This document shows positions 63,099 through 64,000 of a stretch of DNA of 64,000 bases, piece by piece. The stretch comes from Lingula anatina (taxonomy: Eukaryota > Animalia > Brachiopoda): NCBI GenBank assembly GCA_051362555.1, contig CM120648.1, positions 16,860,587 to 16,924,586 of the forward strand, read 5' to 3'. Below the pieces are notes generated by a model. It was not told the origin of the DNA, ran no database searches, and saw nothing but the letters and a program-made list of their open reading frames with translations. Made by a program: the position numbers and the translations under genes. How positions within the stretch are numbered: the stretch's first letter is position 1; the number at the start of each line of letters is the position of its first letter.

Positions 63099-63740
63099 AG
63101 GCAAGAATTCATTATTAAACTTCGACATTCATTCAAGATGTAACACGAGACTGCTGCTGTAGTTACTTGGAATATGCAAAATATACTGCCTGTCGTACAT
63201 GTAGAAAATTGATAAATTGCAGGTTAGGTTCCTTCCTAAAATTTTAACATATTCAAAAACAAATGTCACACTATAAAAAAAAAAGTTAACTGACAAAGGA
63301 AAATCACCTTCATCTGCATTTGGCACAATTCAAAAGAACGTGTTTACATTTCGGTTTTGTGTGCCGCCGATACTTGAACACTACTTTGTTATAAAAATAT
63401 AGCTTGAGAATATACTTTATCGTTCTGTCAAGTGCATTAGTAAAATTATCAACATATCAGCGTATAAACGTCTGTTCATCTTAGCTGTCTCTATGCCTGC
63501 TCCTCCCGCCAAATTGGGTAAAGCCGCCGCATCAAGTTTTGAAAACGAGGCCAGATCTAATATTCTCCGAAATAACCGTCATATGAGCCAGTGGCTCCCG
63601 GGCTGTACATGTGGTTCATTGCCATATCTAATTTCAGTATGATGTGATTGAACGCAATCCTACTATTATATACTTAACTATATCATGACAATACGAACAC
63701 GATGAACCACATGTACTCGCATAATATGCGGAACTGAAAA

Positions 63741-63998
63741 CATGGAAAAGGTCAAGGACGTTTCAGATCGCTGACGGTGCGCGCGCGCGCCATCTGGTGT
63801 TAAGTCCGCGAATGACCGTTTGCGACAACTGATTGTTGAGTTGGTGTAACTGATTGTTGAGTTGACGTCTGCATTTTTTTCATGAATGGCGCCCCATGCA
63901 TCGCGCTATTCACGCAAAAAATGCATTGTTGAGTTGCGGTAACTGACTTTTGAATCATTTATTGAATGTTAGATTTTGACGAATGATTAAAATGACCA
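63741..63998 (-). mobile_element. IS3EU-like terminal fragment, rearranged inverted homolog of 39239-39553
   Basis: Reverse complement of 39351-39553 in two shuffled pieces, with a TIR-like end at ~63898. Confidence 0.55.
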
Positions 63999-64000
63999 CA

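Overview
Eukaryotic, AT-rich and extremely transposon-dense DNA. The repeat and protein families suggest a marine invertebrate, probably a mollusc or other lophotrochozoan (inference). I saw no rRNA, tRNA or CRISPR. Host-like coding pieces are all on the minus strand: a TRIM-type NHL beta-propeller pseudogene split by an LTR element, a BEN-domain exon, and a DZIP3-like HEPN exon with an intact RxxxxH motif plus a 33-bp upstream micro-exon. Two young LTR retrotransposons have LTR pairs that look identical by eye. The first (1998-8166) is a 6.2-kb Gag+protease-only element with no RT/RNaseH/IN, TG..TA termini and a triple-hairpin 3' region. The second (9598-15105) is an intact Troyka-type Gypsy with CG..CG termini, a 3-bp TSD and an IADD RT motif, nested next to a RecQ-fragment MITE inside a fold-back element. 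The rest is nested non-autonomous DNA transposons (Harbinger-, IS3EU-, ISL2EU-, pogo-, hAT- and MULE-like), a LINE 3' fragment, and three families of Helentron-type (HINE-like) elements carrying 146-bp and ~161-bp tandem arrays. All coordinates and family calls were made by eye, with no database searches.
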